This document shows, piece after piece, positions 1-8,854 of a stretch of 30,274 nt of DNA (positions within the stretch are counted from its first letter, which is position 1; each line of letters begins with the position of its first letter). Position numbers and translations under genes: made by a program. Source of the stretch: a virus (Duplodnaviria; Caudoviricetes). The stretch covers positions 1 through 30,274 of the IMG/VR virus record IMGVR_UViG_3300044300_000537, one strand, 5' to 3'. Below the pieces are notes generated by a model. That model was not told where the DNA came from, did not search any database, and saw only the letters and a list, made by a program, of their open reading frames with translations.

Positions 1-1
1 A

Positions 2-1642
2 TTTAGAATACAAGATGGTGCTATTGTACCTATAACAGATAATGATATAGACTTAGGAACTTCCTCTCTTGAGTTTAAAGATTTATATATAGATGGTACA
101 GCTAATATTGATACATTAAGTTTAGATGGTACAGCTCTTACAGCTACAGGTGCAGAGATTAATTTAATAGATGGTGGAGCTACAGTTGGCACTACAGCAG
201 TTGCAGATGGAGATGGTATTATTCATAATGATGGTGGTACAATGCGAGTTACAAGTGCTACTACATTTAAAACATATTTTCAAACTGGAGTTACTGCAGC
301 AGCTATGGCAGCTGATGATCTTTCAGCAGGTGATTCAGCAGTTACTTTATCAACTTCATCTGGAAATATTACAATTGATGCTACAGCAAATGATACAGAT
401 ATTATATTTAAGGGAACTGATAATAGTTCTGATATTACTATGCTTACTCTCGATGGTAGTGAAGCAGGTAAAGCAACATTTAATAGTGATGTAGTTGTTG
501 GTGGAGATCTTACTGTAACAGGTGATGATATCACAATGGGTACAAATACCTCTGGTAATATTTTAGTTGCAGATGGTACAAATTTTAATTCAATAGCTGT
601 TGGAGATTTATCAGCAATATCTACAGTTGCAGCAGATGATGTTTTATTAGCAGTAGACACTTCAGGTGGAGGACTTAAAAAAATTGCAAGATCAGATTTA
701 GTTTCAGGACTAGCAGCTGGTACTATGAGTAACATTGTGGAAGATACATCACCTCAATTAGGTGGTGATCTAGATACTAACTCTGCAAATATTTTAATTG
801 ATGATGCACATTTTATTGGTGATGAAAATGGTAATGAACAAATTATATTTCAAACAACAAGTTCAGCGGTTAATCAGTTTGATGTAACAAATGCTGCAAC
901 AGGAAACCCACCTCAATTATCATCAACAGGTGGTGATTCTAATATTGATTTAAATTTATTAGCAAAAGGTACAGGGCATGTAACTGTTTTAGGTAATAGT
1001 AATTCAGGTGCTATACAATTTAATTGTGAAAATAATTCACATGGTCAAATTTTAAAAGCTCAACCACATTCAGCTAGTGTAACAAATGTCATGTTATTAC
1101 CAGCTGGTTCAGATTCAACTTTAGTATCTTTAATTTCAACAGATACATTAACAAATAAAACTTTAACTACACCAGTTATTGCAGAAATAGATTCAGGTGC
1201 TGATATAACTTTAGATGCTACAGCAGATATAGTTTTAGATGCAGGTGGGGCAGATGTTACGCTTAAAGATGATGGCACAACTTTTGGTAGTTTAACAAAT
1301 TCTAGTGGTGAGTTAGTAATTAAATCAGGATCTACACCAACTACAGCTATGACATTTAGTGGTGCTAATGTAACTTTTGCAGGTACAGTAACTATTGGAT
1401 CTGCAGGTATATCAGAAGCAGAATTAGAAATACTAGATGGTGCAACAGCTACTACAGCTGAATTAAATATAATAGATGGGGACACATCAGCTACATCAAC
1501 AACATTAGCAGATGCAGATAGAGTAGTTACAAATGATGCTGGAACTATGAAACAAGTAGCATTATCAGATGTTAAAACATATTTAACTAGTGCAGGATTT
1601 GTAACAGATGATCCAACGGCACTAGCAATAGCATTAGGTTAA
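2..1642 (+). CDS. Tail fibre protein, 5'-truncated by the window edge
   Basis: The frame is open from base 2 (FRIQDGAIVPITDNDIDLGTSSLEFKDLYIDG...) into the 242..1642 ORF. G/T/S/D/A-rich beta-repeat composition typical of marine phage fibres; ends DDPTALAIALG. Confidence 0.8.
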   Translation, partial: FRIQDGAIVPITDNDIDLGTSSLEFKDLYIDGTANIDTLSLDGTALTATGAEINLIDGGATVGTTAVADGDGIIHNDGGTMRVTSATTFKTYFQTGVTAAAMAADDLSAGDSAVTLSTSSGNITIDATANDTDIIFKGTDNSSDITMLTLDGSEAGKATFNSDVVVGGDLTVTGDDITMGTNTSGNILVADGTNFNSIAVGDLSAISTVAADDVLLAVDTSGGGLKKIARSDLVSGLAAGTMSNIVEDTSPQLGGDLDTNSANILIDDAHFIGDENGNEQIIFQTTSSAVNQFDVTNAATGNPPQLSSTGGDSNIDLNLLAKGTGHVTVLGNSNSGAIQFNCENNSHGQILKAQPHSASVTNVMLLPAGSDSTLVSLISTDTLTNKTLTTPVIAEIDSGADITLDATADIVLDAGGADVTLKDDGTTFGSLTNSSGELVIKSGSTPTTAMTFSGANVTFAGTVTIGSAGISEAELEILDGATATTAELNIIDGDTSATSTTLADADRVVTNDAGTMKQVALSDVKTYLTSAGFVTDDPTALAIALG

Positions 1643-1649
1643 ATAATGA

Positions 1650-1678
1650 TTGACTTTTATGTTAGAAAACAGTATAAT
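1650..1678 (+). promoter_or_regulatory. Sigma70-type promoter
   Basis: TTGACT (1650-1655), 17 bp spacer, TATAAT (1673-1678), in the intergenic gap; GGGGGA RBS precedes ATG 1702. Confidence 0.8.
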
Positions 1679-1701
1679 ATATAATAAATAGGGGGAAATA
1701 A

Positions 1702-2061
1702 ATGGCAAATACGTTTAAGGTAGTTACTTTTGCAGCAGAACCAGCTTCGGCAGGTACAGCTTATACAATGTATACAACACCTAGTTCAACAACAACAATT
1801 GTTCTTGGATTAGTTCTTGCAAATATACACAGTACAGCTGTTACAGCAGAAGTAGAATTAGTATCAGATACATCTGGTGGTGGTAGAGGAGCCACAAATG
1901 GAACAGCTTTTTTAGCAAAAGATGTTAGCATTCCAGCTGGATCATCACTTGAATTATTATCAGGTGGTAAAGTTGTATTAGAAACAACTGATGTACTTAA
2001 GATAGATTGTTCTGTAGCAGATAAACTTTCAGGCACGCTATCAATAATGGAGATAACATAA
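1702..2061 (+). CDS. Small all-beta tail-associated protein (MANTFK type)
   Basis: 119-aa ORF with RBS; beta-strand pattern; directly follows the fibre gene ending AIALG, a pairing I recognise from marine phages. Confidence 0.6.
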   Translation: MANTFKVVTFAAEPASAGTAYTMYTTPSSTTTIVLGLVLANIHSTAVTAEVELVSDTSGGGRGATNGTAFLAKDVSIPAGSSLELLSGGKVVLETTDVLKIDCSVADKLSGTLSIMEIT

Positions 2062-2062
2062 G

Positions 2063-2467
2063 ATGGCTTATATTGGGCAATCGCCTTCTACAAAGGCACT
2101 AACAGCTTCAGATATAGCTGACGATTTAATTACGTCTGCTAAATTAAATTATACTGAATCTACATTAACAGATCAAGCTACTGTAACTTGGGATGCATCT
2201 ACACAAGATGTATGTAAACTGACATTAGGTGCTAATAGAACAATGGCTGCCCCTACCAATAATACTACTGGTCAATTTATATCTATACTTGTTATTCAAG
2301 ATGGAACAGGATCAAGAACTTTAACATGGAATGCTGTATTTGAATTTGCAAGTGATACAGCTCCAACTTTAACAACAACAGCTAACCTTGGAGATGTATT
2401 TGTATTTAGATATAATGGATCTAAATGGTTAGAAGTTGGTAGAAACCAAGCATTAACATTATCATAG
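2063..2467 (+). CDS. Short tail fibre/adaptor protein with MAYIG N-terminus
   Basis: MAYIGQSP start shared with 5586..6560; C-terminal LTDQATVTWDAS...QDGTGSRTLTW beta domain typical of fibre ends. Confidence 0.6.
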   Translation: MAYIGQSPSTKALTASDIADDLITSAKLNYTESTLTDQATVTWDASTQDVCKLTLGANRTMAAPTNNTTGQFISILVIQDGTGSRTLTWNAVFEFASDTAPTLTTTANLGDVFVFRYNGSKWLEVGRNQALTLS

Positions 2468-2474
2468 GAGAAAT

Positions 2475-3083
2475 ATGTTCGCATTAGTAGAATCGGGATC
2501 AATTACAAAATACTTTAGTGGTAATCGTGGAATTACTATTGGAGACAATCAATATCCAAAAGAAATATTTACTCTATGGTCTAAATCTGAAAGAGAAGCT
2601 ATAGGTATCTATGAAGTAGAAATGGATACTTCTAAAAGAAAAGATGAAACTTGGTACATTAATACTAATGTTACTTATTCATTTGGAAGTGGAAAAGTTA
2701 CAGGTGCTTATGGAGATGCTACAGCTAAAGCTCATGCAGATACTTTATATACAGCACAAGATGAAACTGATGGTTTAGGTACTGAAGGTGAAGTTAAATC
2801 TAGAGGATTAAAATATAATTTAATTCAAAATATTAAAAAACAAGCTGCTGGAATATTACAAGATACAGATTGGTATATTATTAGAAAAGCAGATGCGAGT
2901 ACAGCAGTACCAAGTGCTATTACAACACACAGAGCAGCAGTAAGAACTAAGGCTGCTGAAATGGAAACTGCAATTACAAATGCAAGTAATACACCAGCAC
3001 TTGAAACTTTATATACATATACAGAACAAGAGGATGGATCTATAACTAGACCATTAGGTGAATTGCCAGTATTGGAGGCTTAA
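2475..3083 (+). CDS. Tail fibre assembly chaperone-like protein
   Basis: AGGAG RBS; C-terminal ILQDTDWYIIRKAD...HRAAVR motif resembles phage tail assembly chaperones. Confidence 0.55.
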   Translation: MFALVESGSITKYFSGNRGITIGDNQYPKEIFTLWSKSEREAIGIYEVEMDTSKRKDETWYINTNVTYSFGSGKVTGAYGDATAKAHADTLYTAQDETDGLGTEGEVKSRGLKYNLIQNIKKQAAGILQDTDWYIIRKADASTAVPSAITTHRAAVRTKAAEMETAITNASNTPALETLYTYTEQEDGSITRPLGELPVLEA

Positions 3084-4507
3084 TGCCAATTAATAGTTTT
3101 CTTTATCCAGGAGCTAAATCACCTACGCCAGGTTATGAAGTAGCTAACTCAGGTAGATTCAATAGAGCTGATAATGCTTTTTTATCAAAAACTTTTTCAG
3201 GTGCTGGTACTAGAACAAAATACACAGTAAGTGCTTGGGTTAAAAGAAGTGGATTAGGTACAACACAAACTATATTTTCTGCTGGTACAGGTGCTAATAA
3301 TTATATGGCAATTAATTTTAATGGTGCAGATAATAGATTGTATTGGCAGAGTTATTCAAATGATGGTGCAAATTATGATTATTTTTTGTATACTACTAGA
3401 AGATTTAGAGACCCAACAGCTTGGCTACACGTAGTTTGTGCATTTGATAGCACACAAGGAACATCATCTAATAGACAAAAAATTTATATTAATGGAGTTC
3501 AAGAAACTGTTTTTACAACTGAAACATATTCAGGCAGTTATTCTGATTATGCTTTTAATAGTATTTTACACAGAATAGGAGAAGAAACAGCTTCTACAGG
3601 CAGACAGTTTGATGGATATATAACAGAAGTTTGTGCCATAGATGGTTCACAACTAGCACCAACAGATTTTGGAGAGTTTGATGAAGATAGTCCTACAATA
3701 TGGAAACCTAAAGATGTATCAGGATTAACTTTTGGAACGAATGGTTTTTATTTAGATTTTGAAAATTCATCAGAATTAGGAACAGATGTATCAGGCAACT
3801 CAAATACTTTTACTGAAAATAATTTAGACGCAACAGATCAAGCAACAGATACTTGCACAAATAATTTTGCTACATTAAATCCATTATATTATTCAAGTTC
3901 TCAATCTACTTTAAGTGATGGTAATCTTACTGCAACTTCTTCAGGTGCTAATTGGAATAATTTTCATTCAACTATCGCACCTAGTGCAGGTAAATGGTAT
4001 TGGGAAGTAAAAGTTGTTAATGTTGGAAGTAACACACACCCAATAGGAATTATTGGAACAGATGATTCAGAACTCAACAAAACAAGTCTTGGAGATGCTT
4101 TTGATAATGGCACAACAGGAATAAGTTATGTTCAAACAGGAGATAAAGACGTAGCTGGTTCAAGAACATCTTATGGCGATTCTTATACAACAAATGATAT
4201 TATAGGTGTTGCTATGGACTTAGATAATCATAAATTGTATTTTTCTAAAAATGGAACTTTTCAAAATAGTGGCGACCCAACATCAGGTTCAACAGGCACA
4301 GGTGCAATATCTATTGTTTCAGGACATTCTTACTTAGCTTCATTTGCACATTATAATACAATGGTTGATTCTATAAACTTTGGTTCTCCCTCATTTAGTA
4401 TCTCATCAGGTAATGCAGATGGTAATGGCTACGGCAATTTTGAGTATTCCGTACCTTCGAATTATTATTCGTTGTGTTCGAAAAATTTAGCGGAGTATGG
4501 AGGTTAA
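3083..4507 (+). CDS. Tail/receptor-binding protein with ConA/LamG-like and SPRY-like domains
   Basis: TVSAWVKR...WLHVVCAFD...KIYINGV (LamG-like) and GKWYWEV...DIIGVAMDLDNHKLYFSKNG (SPRY/B30.2-like); TAATG coupling to the upstream gene. Confidence 0.75.
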   Translation: MPINSFLYPGAKSPTPGYEVANSGRFNRADNAFLSKTFSGAGTRTKYTVSAWVKRSGLGTTQTIFSAGTGANNYMAINFNGADNRLYWQSYSNDGANYDYFLYTTRRFRDPTAWLHVVCAFDSTQGTSSNRQKIYINGVQETVFTTETYSGSYSDYAFNSILHRIGEETASTGRQFDGYITEVCAIDGSQLAPTDFGEFDEDSPTIWKPKDVSGLTFGTNGFYLDFENSSELGTDVSGNSNTFTENNLDATDQATDTCTNNFATLNPLYYSSSQSTLSDGNLTATSSGANWNNFHSTIAPSAGKWYWEVKVVNVGSNTHPIGIIGTDDSELNKTSLGDAFDNGTTGISYVQTGDKDVAGSRTSYGDSYTTNDIIGVAMDLDNHKLYFSKNGTFQNSGDPTSGSTGTGAISIVSGHSYLASFAHYNTMVDSINFGSPSFSISSGNADGNGYGNFEYSVPSNYYSLCSKNLAEYGG

Positions 4508-5566
4508 ATGGCAGCTTATACAACAATAGATAATCCTGAACTTCATTTCCAATGCAAAATCTATTCAGGTAATTCAAGCACACAAGCTATAACTTTAGAT
4601 GGTGATGAAAATATGCAACCCGATTTCGTTTGGATTAAAAATAGAAATGATGGAAACAATCAAGCTCACGTTTTATATGATTCCGTAAGAGGAGTTACAA
4701 AATTTATGCAAAGTGCTAGTACAGCCGCTGAAGCAACTGACTCTAGTGGTTTAACTGCTTTTGGGACAGATGGTTTTACCCTTGGTAATTCTGTTGAAGA
4801 AAATACAGGATTTAATTATGTTGCTTGGTGTTGGAAAGGTGGAACAACATCAGGAATAACTACAAATGGTTCTACAACTATTACACCATCTGCATATTCT
4901 TTTAATGCCGATGCTGGTATTGCAATTTTACAATACACTGGCAATTCAACAGCTGGTGCAAAATTAGCACATGGTATTGGTGGCTGTGATGCGTTTTGGA
5001 TTAAAAGAACTCCAACTGCAGGAGACGATTGGAGAACTTATAATAGAGCTTTAGGTGGTACTAAAAATATTAAATTAAATAGTGATGATGGTGCTGCTAC
5101 AGGAACTAATATATTTAATGACACTGATCCTGATAGTGTTAATATAACTTTAGGTAGTCATAATTCTGCAAACGCATCAGAGGCTATGATTTGTTATGCT
5201 TTTAAAGCTATTCAAGGATTTTCAAAATTTGGTAGTTATACTGCAAATAATAATAGTTCAGGGCCATACATACACCTCGGATTTCGTGCCGCTTGGATTA
5301 TGGTGAAAAGATCATCAACTAATGGAAAACCTTGGGTTATATTTGATAATAAAAGAATTGGATATAATCCAGATAATCAACAAATAGCGGCAGATAGTAC
5401 AGGTGTAGAATATACTAATGATTATATCGACATCTGTGCAAATGGTTTTAAAATTCGGGATAATAACCAAGATGTAAATAATCCAGATGATGGAACTTAC
5501 GTCTACTGTGCTTTTGCAGAGTCTCCATTTGTAAACTCAAACGGAATACCCAATAATGCAAGATAA
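4508..5566 (+). CDS. Tail fibre-associated protein with internal repeats
   Basis: Three repeated units (PDFVWIKNR / DAFWIKR / AAWIMVKR), each followed by a YVAW/ICYAF/YVYCAF motif; typical of pelagiphage-like tail genes. Confidence 0.65.
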   Translation: MAAYTTIDNPELHFQCKIYSGNSSTQAITLDGDENMQPDFVWIKNRNDGNNQAHVLYDSVRGVTKFMQSASTAAEATDSSGLTAFGTDGFTLGNSVEENTGFNYVAWCWKGGTTSGITTNGSTTITPSAYSFNADAGIAILQYTGNSTAGAKLAHGIGGCDAFWIKRTPTAGDDWRTYNRALGGTKNIKLNSDDGAATGTNIFNDTDPDSVNITLGSHNSANASEAMICYAFKAIQGFSKFGSYTANNNSSGPYIHLGFRAAWIMVKRSSTNGKPWVIFDNKRIGYNPDNQQIAADSTGVEYTNDYIDICANGFKIRDNNQDVNNPDDGTYVYCAFAESPFVNSNGIPNNAR

Positions 5567-5585
5567 AATTAATTAAGGAGAATAA

Positions 5586-6560
5586 ATGGCATATATAGGA
5601 AAAGAACCAACAATAGGAAACTTTCAAGTTTGTGATGCTATATCCGTAGTAAACGGACAAGCAGCATATACTATGCAAGTGTCTTCTAGTAATGTATCAC
5701 CAGAATCAGCCAATCATATGTTGGTTAGTTTGAATGGTATCATTCAAAAACCAGGATCCTCATTTACAATATCAGGATCAACAATTACCTTTGCTTCAAA
5801 TTTAGTTACTAACGATGTTATAGATTTTATAATGCTATTAGGTAATGTACTAGATTTAGGAACACCAAGTGATAGCACAGTTACAGCAGCAAAAATTGGT
5901 GCTAATGCAGTTACAGGTGCTAAACTTAATACAGATGTTATATCTGCACAGACAGCTTTAGCTACTGCTCCAGCAGATACTGACGAGTTTTTAGTTAGTG
6001 ATGCAGGTGTATTAAAAAGAATAGACTACTCACTTATTAAAGCAACTTCAGCACACACTTTAATATCTACAACAACAATATCAAATGATGCGGGTGTTAC
6101 TATTTCTTCAGGAATAGATAGCACTTATAAAGTTTATATGTTTGAATTAATTAATTTACATCCAAATAATGATGAAGTTGCACTTCATCTACAATTTTTA
6201 CAAGGTGGTTCACTTGATACAGGAAGTGTTTATGACTATGCGTATGGAAAAGCACTTACTAATGGAGGTGCAGTAGCTTTTGCAGCAGAAGCCAATTCAG
6301 CTTATATGCGAATTGCAGATAATATGAGTGCTGATAGCGATGGAGCTTTAAATGGCAGAATTTTTCTTTATAATCCATCAGATACAACTTACGACACTCA
6401 AATAATGTTTGATGTAATATATCAACAATCAGGATCAGTTAATCAAAGAAATTTTGGTAGTGCAAGAATAGAAGAAGCAGCAGCAGTAGATGGTGTTAAA
6501 TTTTTTGCAAGTTCCGCAGAAATTGATGCTGGAATTATAAAACTTTATGGCATAACATAG
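5586..6560 (+). CDS. Tail fibre protein: MAYIG N-terminus plus C-terminal paralog domain (copy 1)
   Basis: AAGGAG RBS; VSLNGIIQKP baseplate/fibre-type domain; C-terminal INLHP...LYNPS...IDAGIIKLYGI domain shared with the next three genes. Confidence 0.7.
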   Translation: MAYIGKEPTIGNFQVCDAISVVNGQAAYTMQVSSSNVSPESANHMLVSLNGIIQKPGSSFTISGSTITFASNLVTNDVIDFIMLLGNVLDLGTPSDSTVTAAKIGANAVTGAKLNTDVISAQTALATAPADTDEFLVSDAGVLKRIDYSLIKATSAHTLISTTTISNDAGVTISSGIDSTYKVYMFELINLHPNNDEVALHLQFLQGGSLDTGSVYDYAYGKALTNGGAVAFAAEANSAYMRIADNMSADSDGALNGRIFLYNPSDTTYDTQIMFDVIYQQSGSVNQRNFGSARIEEAAAVDGVKFFASSAEIDAGIIKLYGIT

Positions 6561-6569
6561 GAGTTAATA

Positions 6570-7166
6570 ATGGCTCTTAAATTTGCTAACAATAATTCTT
6601 TATCAGCAATTACAGCTTTACCAACTAGTATTACTGGTGGTGCTTTAACTTTATTATCTACACAAACAGCTAGTGATAGTTCTACAGTAACTTTTAGTTC
6701 AGGAATTGATTCTACTTATAAAGAATATATTGTAAAATGGATTAATGTTCACCCAAACTCTAACGACCAACAATTAACAGTTAATTTTAGAGACGGCAGT
6801 ACAGCCTATGATGCTACTAAAACATCAACAGCATTTAGAGTTGGTCATGCAGAAGATGATAGTGGTACAGAACTTGGTTATCAAACTGGACAAGATGTAG
6901 CACAAGGTACAGGTATTCAAAGCATACACTATACAGGAAATGCTAATGAAGCATCTTCTTCAGGAATTTTACATTTGTTTGATCCAAGTAATACAACATT
7001 TGTTAAAAATTATATACTTATTAATTCAGCTGATCGTAATGGTCAATGTGAACAACAATATATTGCTGGGTACTGTAATGTAACTGCTGCTATTGATGGT
7101 ATTCAATTTGGTACTAATACTAGCACTATTGGATCAGGAACTTTTAAATTATATGGCGTTAGTTAA
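6570..7166 (+). CDS. Tail-tip paralog (copy 2)
   Basis: AGGAG RBS; motifs INVHP, YDATKT, LHLFDPS, FKLYGV. Confidence 0.65.
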   Translation: MALKFANNNSLSAITALPTSITGGALTLLSTQTASDSSTVTFSSGIDSTYKEYIVKWINVHPNSNDQQLTVNFRDGSTAYDATKTSTAFRVGHAEDDSGTELGYQTGQDVAQGTGIQSIHYTGNANEASSSGILHLFDPSNTTFVKNYILINSADRNGQCEQQYIAGYCNVTAAIDGIQFGTNTSTIGSGTFKLYGVS

Positions 7167-7770
7167 ATACAATAATAATTCTATAAGCTCTATTACTGCA
7201 ACAGCAGGTTTACCAGCAGGTGCTATGACTTTAATTAAAAGTCAAACAGCTTCTAGCTCATCAACTATTAGCTTTGTTCATGGGACATCTGATGTAGTTT
7301 TGGATAATACATATCCTATTTATTTATTTAAGTTTATAAATATACACCCATCAGCAGCAGCATTTTTTGGATTTAATTTTAGTATAGATGCTGGTTCTAA
7401 TTATAATGCAACTAAAACTTCTACTAATTTTAGAGCATACCATTCAGAGGCAGATTCTACTAATTTAGAGTATAAAGATGGTGATGATATAGCACAAGGA
7501 ACTGGTCAGGTTCTTACTGCTGGAAATTTAGGAACTGGAAATGATGAATCATTATCAGGCGAACTTTGGCTTTTTAATCCTTCATCAAGCACTTATGTTA
7601 AACATTTTATGTGGAGATCATCTTGCGTACAATCAGCTCCAGCAGCATTTGATTGTTATGTAGCAGGATATGTGAATACTACAAGTGATGTTGACGCAGT
7701 TCAGTTTGCAATGGCATCAGGAAATATAGATGCTGGTACAATTAAACTCTATGGAATTAAGGATAGTTAA
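7153..7770 (+). CDS. Tail-tip paralog (copy 3); start corrected from 7093 to 7153
   Basis: ATG 7153 gives MALVKYNNNS, matching MALKFANNNS and MSIVKLNNN of the neighbours; INIHP, LFNPS, IDAGTIKLYGI. Confidence 0.65.
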   Translation: MALVKYNNNSISSITATAGLPAGAMTLIKSQTASSSSTISFVHGTSDVVLDNTYPIYLFKFINIHPSAAAFFGFNFSIDAGSNYNATKTSTNFRAYHSEADSTNLEYKDGDDIAQGTGQVLTAGNLGTGNDESLSGELWLFNPSSSTYVKHFMWRSSCVQSAPAAFDCYVAGYVNTTSDVDAVQFAMASGNIDAGTIKLYGIKDS

Positions 7771-8393
7771 TGAGCATAGTTAAACTTAATAATAATGGAG
7801 TAAAGAACGCAACTGAATTTGGTAGCATAACAGGATTGGGTCAATTAATTTTTATTAAAAAAGTAACTGCCTCATCATCTGGAACTGTATCATTTGTTAA
7901 TGGTGCTAGTTCAGTAGTGTTAGATAATACTTATAAAGAATACTTATTTACTTTTAAAAATATTCATCCAGCAACAGATAATGTTAGTTTTCAATTTAAT
8001 GGCTCTGATGATACTTCAAGTCATTCTTATGATGTAACAAAAACAACTACTGCTTTTAATGCTTATCATAATGAAGCGGATAGTGAAACAGGTTTAGGAT
8101 ATAGAAGTGCAGATGATGTTGCACAAGGAACAGGTTTTCATACTTTAACCCATCAAGTTAGTAATGATAATGACGAAGCTCTAGGTGGTTATCTTCATTT
8201 ATTTGATCCTAGCAATACAACTTTTGTTAAGCATTTTATTGCTGTTATTAGTAACAATAACGAAGATAGTCATGCACAAGTTAATTACTCTGGGGGTTAT
8301 TTTAATACCACAAGTGCAATAACAGCTATACAATTTAAAATGAGTTCAGGTGATATAGACGCTGGAGATATTTGCCTTTACGGCATAGCTTAA
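7770..8393 (+). CDS. Tail-tip paralog (copy 4)
   Basis: KNIHP, YDVTKT, LHLFDPS, IDAGDICLYGI; TAATG coupling. Confidence 0.65.
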   Translation: MSIVKLNNNGVKNATEFGSITGLGQLIFIKKVTASSSGTVSFVNGASSVVLDNTYKEYLFTFKNIHPATDNVSFQFNGSDDTSSHSYDVTKTTTAFNAYHNEADSETGLGYRSADDVAQGTGFHTLTHQVSNDNDEALGGYLHLFDPSNTTFVKHFIAVISNNNEDSHAQVNYSGGYFNTTSAITAIQFKMSSGDIDAGDICLYGIA

Positions 8394-8424
8394 CAATTAA
8401 CAATAATAAATAGGAGAAACAACA

Positions 8425-8712
8425 ATGCCAAGATACCATAATATAAATGGAAACAAAGTTCAGTTTACGGCAGCAGAAGAAACTGCAAGAGATGCTGAAG
8501 AAGCAGCTTGGGCTGATGGTGCTTTAGCAAGAGCACAGGCTGATCTAAGAGCTAAAAGAAATAGACTCTTAGCAGAAACAGACTTTTATGCTTTATCTGA
8601 TGTTACTATGTCATCTGACATGGAAACATACAGACAAAATTTAAGAGACCTGCCAGATGGAAAAGACACTGTTGCAAAATGCACAGGTGCTACATTTCCA
8701 ACTAAGCCATAG
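8425..8712 (+). CDS. Phage tail fibre assembly chaperone
   Basis: LRAKRNRLLAETDFYALSD...YRQNLRDLP...FPTKP matches the phage tail assembly chaperone pattern; AGGAG RBS. Confidence 0.75.
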   Translation: MPRYHNINGNKVQFTAAEETARDAEEAAWADGALARAQADLRAKRNRLLAETDFYALSDVTMSSDMETYRQNLRDLPDGKDTVAKCTGATFPTKP

Positions 8713-8716
8713 TTAA

Positions 8717-8854
8717 ATGGCTAAGAGAAAGCCTCTCTTTGGTGTAAGTAATTATATTAAAAGAACACAGAAAAAAAGACCTGGAAGACATGCAAAGCGA
8801 CCAAACAAACATAAAAAGAGAACAATGAAAAAATATAGAGGACAAGGTAGATAA
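8717..8854 (+). CDS. 45-aa very basic protein (not in the ORF track)
   Basis: MAKRKPLFGVSNYIKRTQKKRPGRHAKRPNKHKKRTMKKYRGQGR fills the gap; its stop overlaps the next ATG (TAATG). Confidence 0.7.
   Translation: MAKRKPLFGVSNYIKRTQKKRPGRHAKRPNKHKKRTMKKYRGQGR

Noticed and set aside
171-2502. Alternative-frame and antisense ORFs (171..494, 280..735, 1060..1485, 1761..2036, 2296..2502)
   Set aside because: Shadows of the tail genes caused by codon bias; no RBS or protein-like motifs.
6040-8393. Diversity-generating retroelement TR/VR pair
   Set aside because: No reverse transcriptase in the window; the paralogs differ at all base types, not only at adenines.
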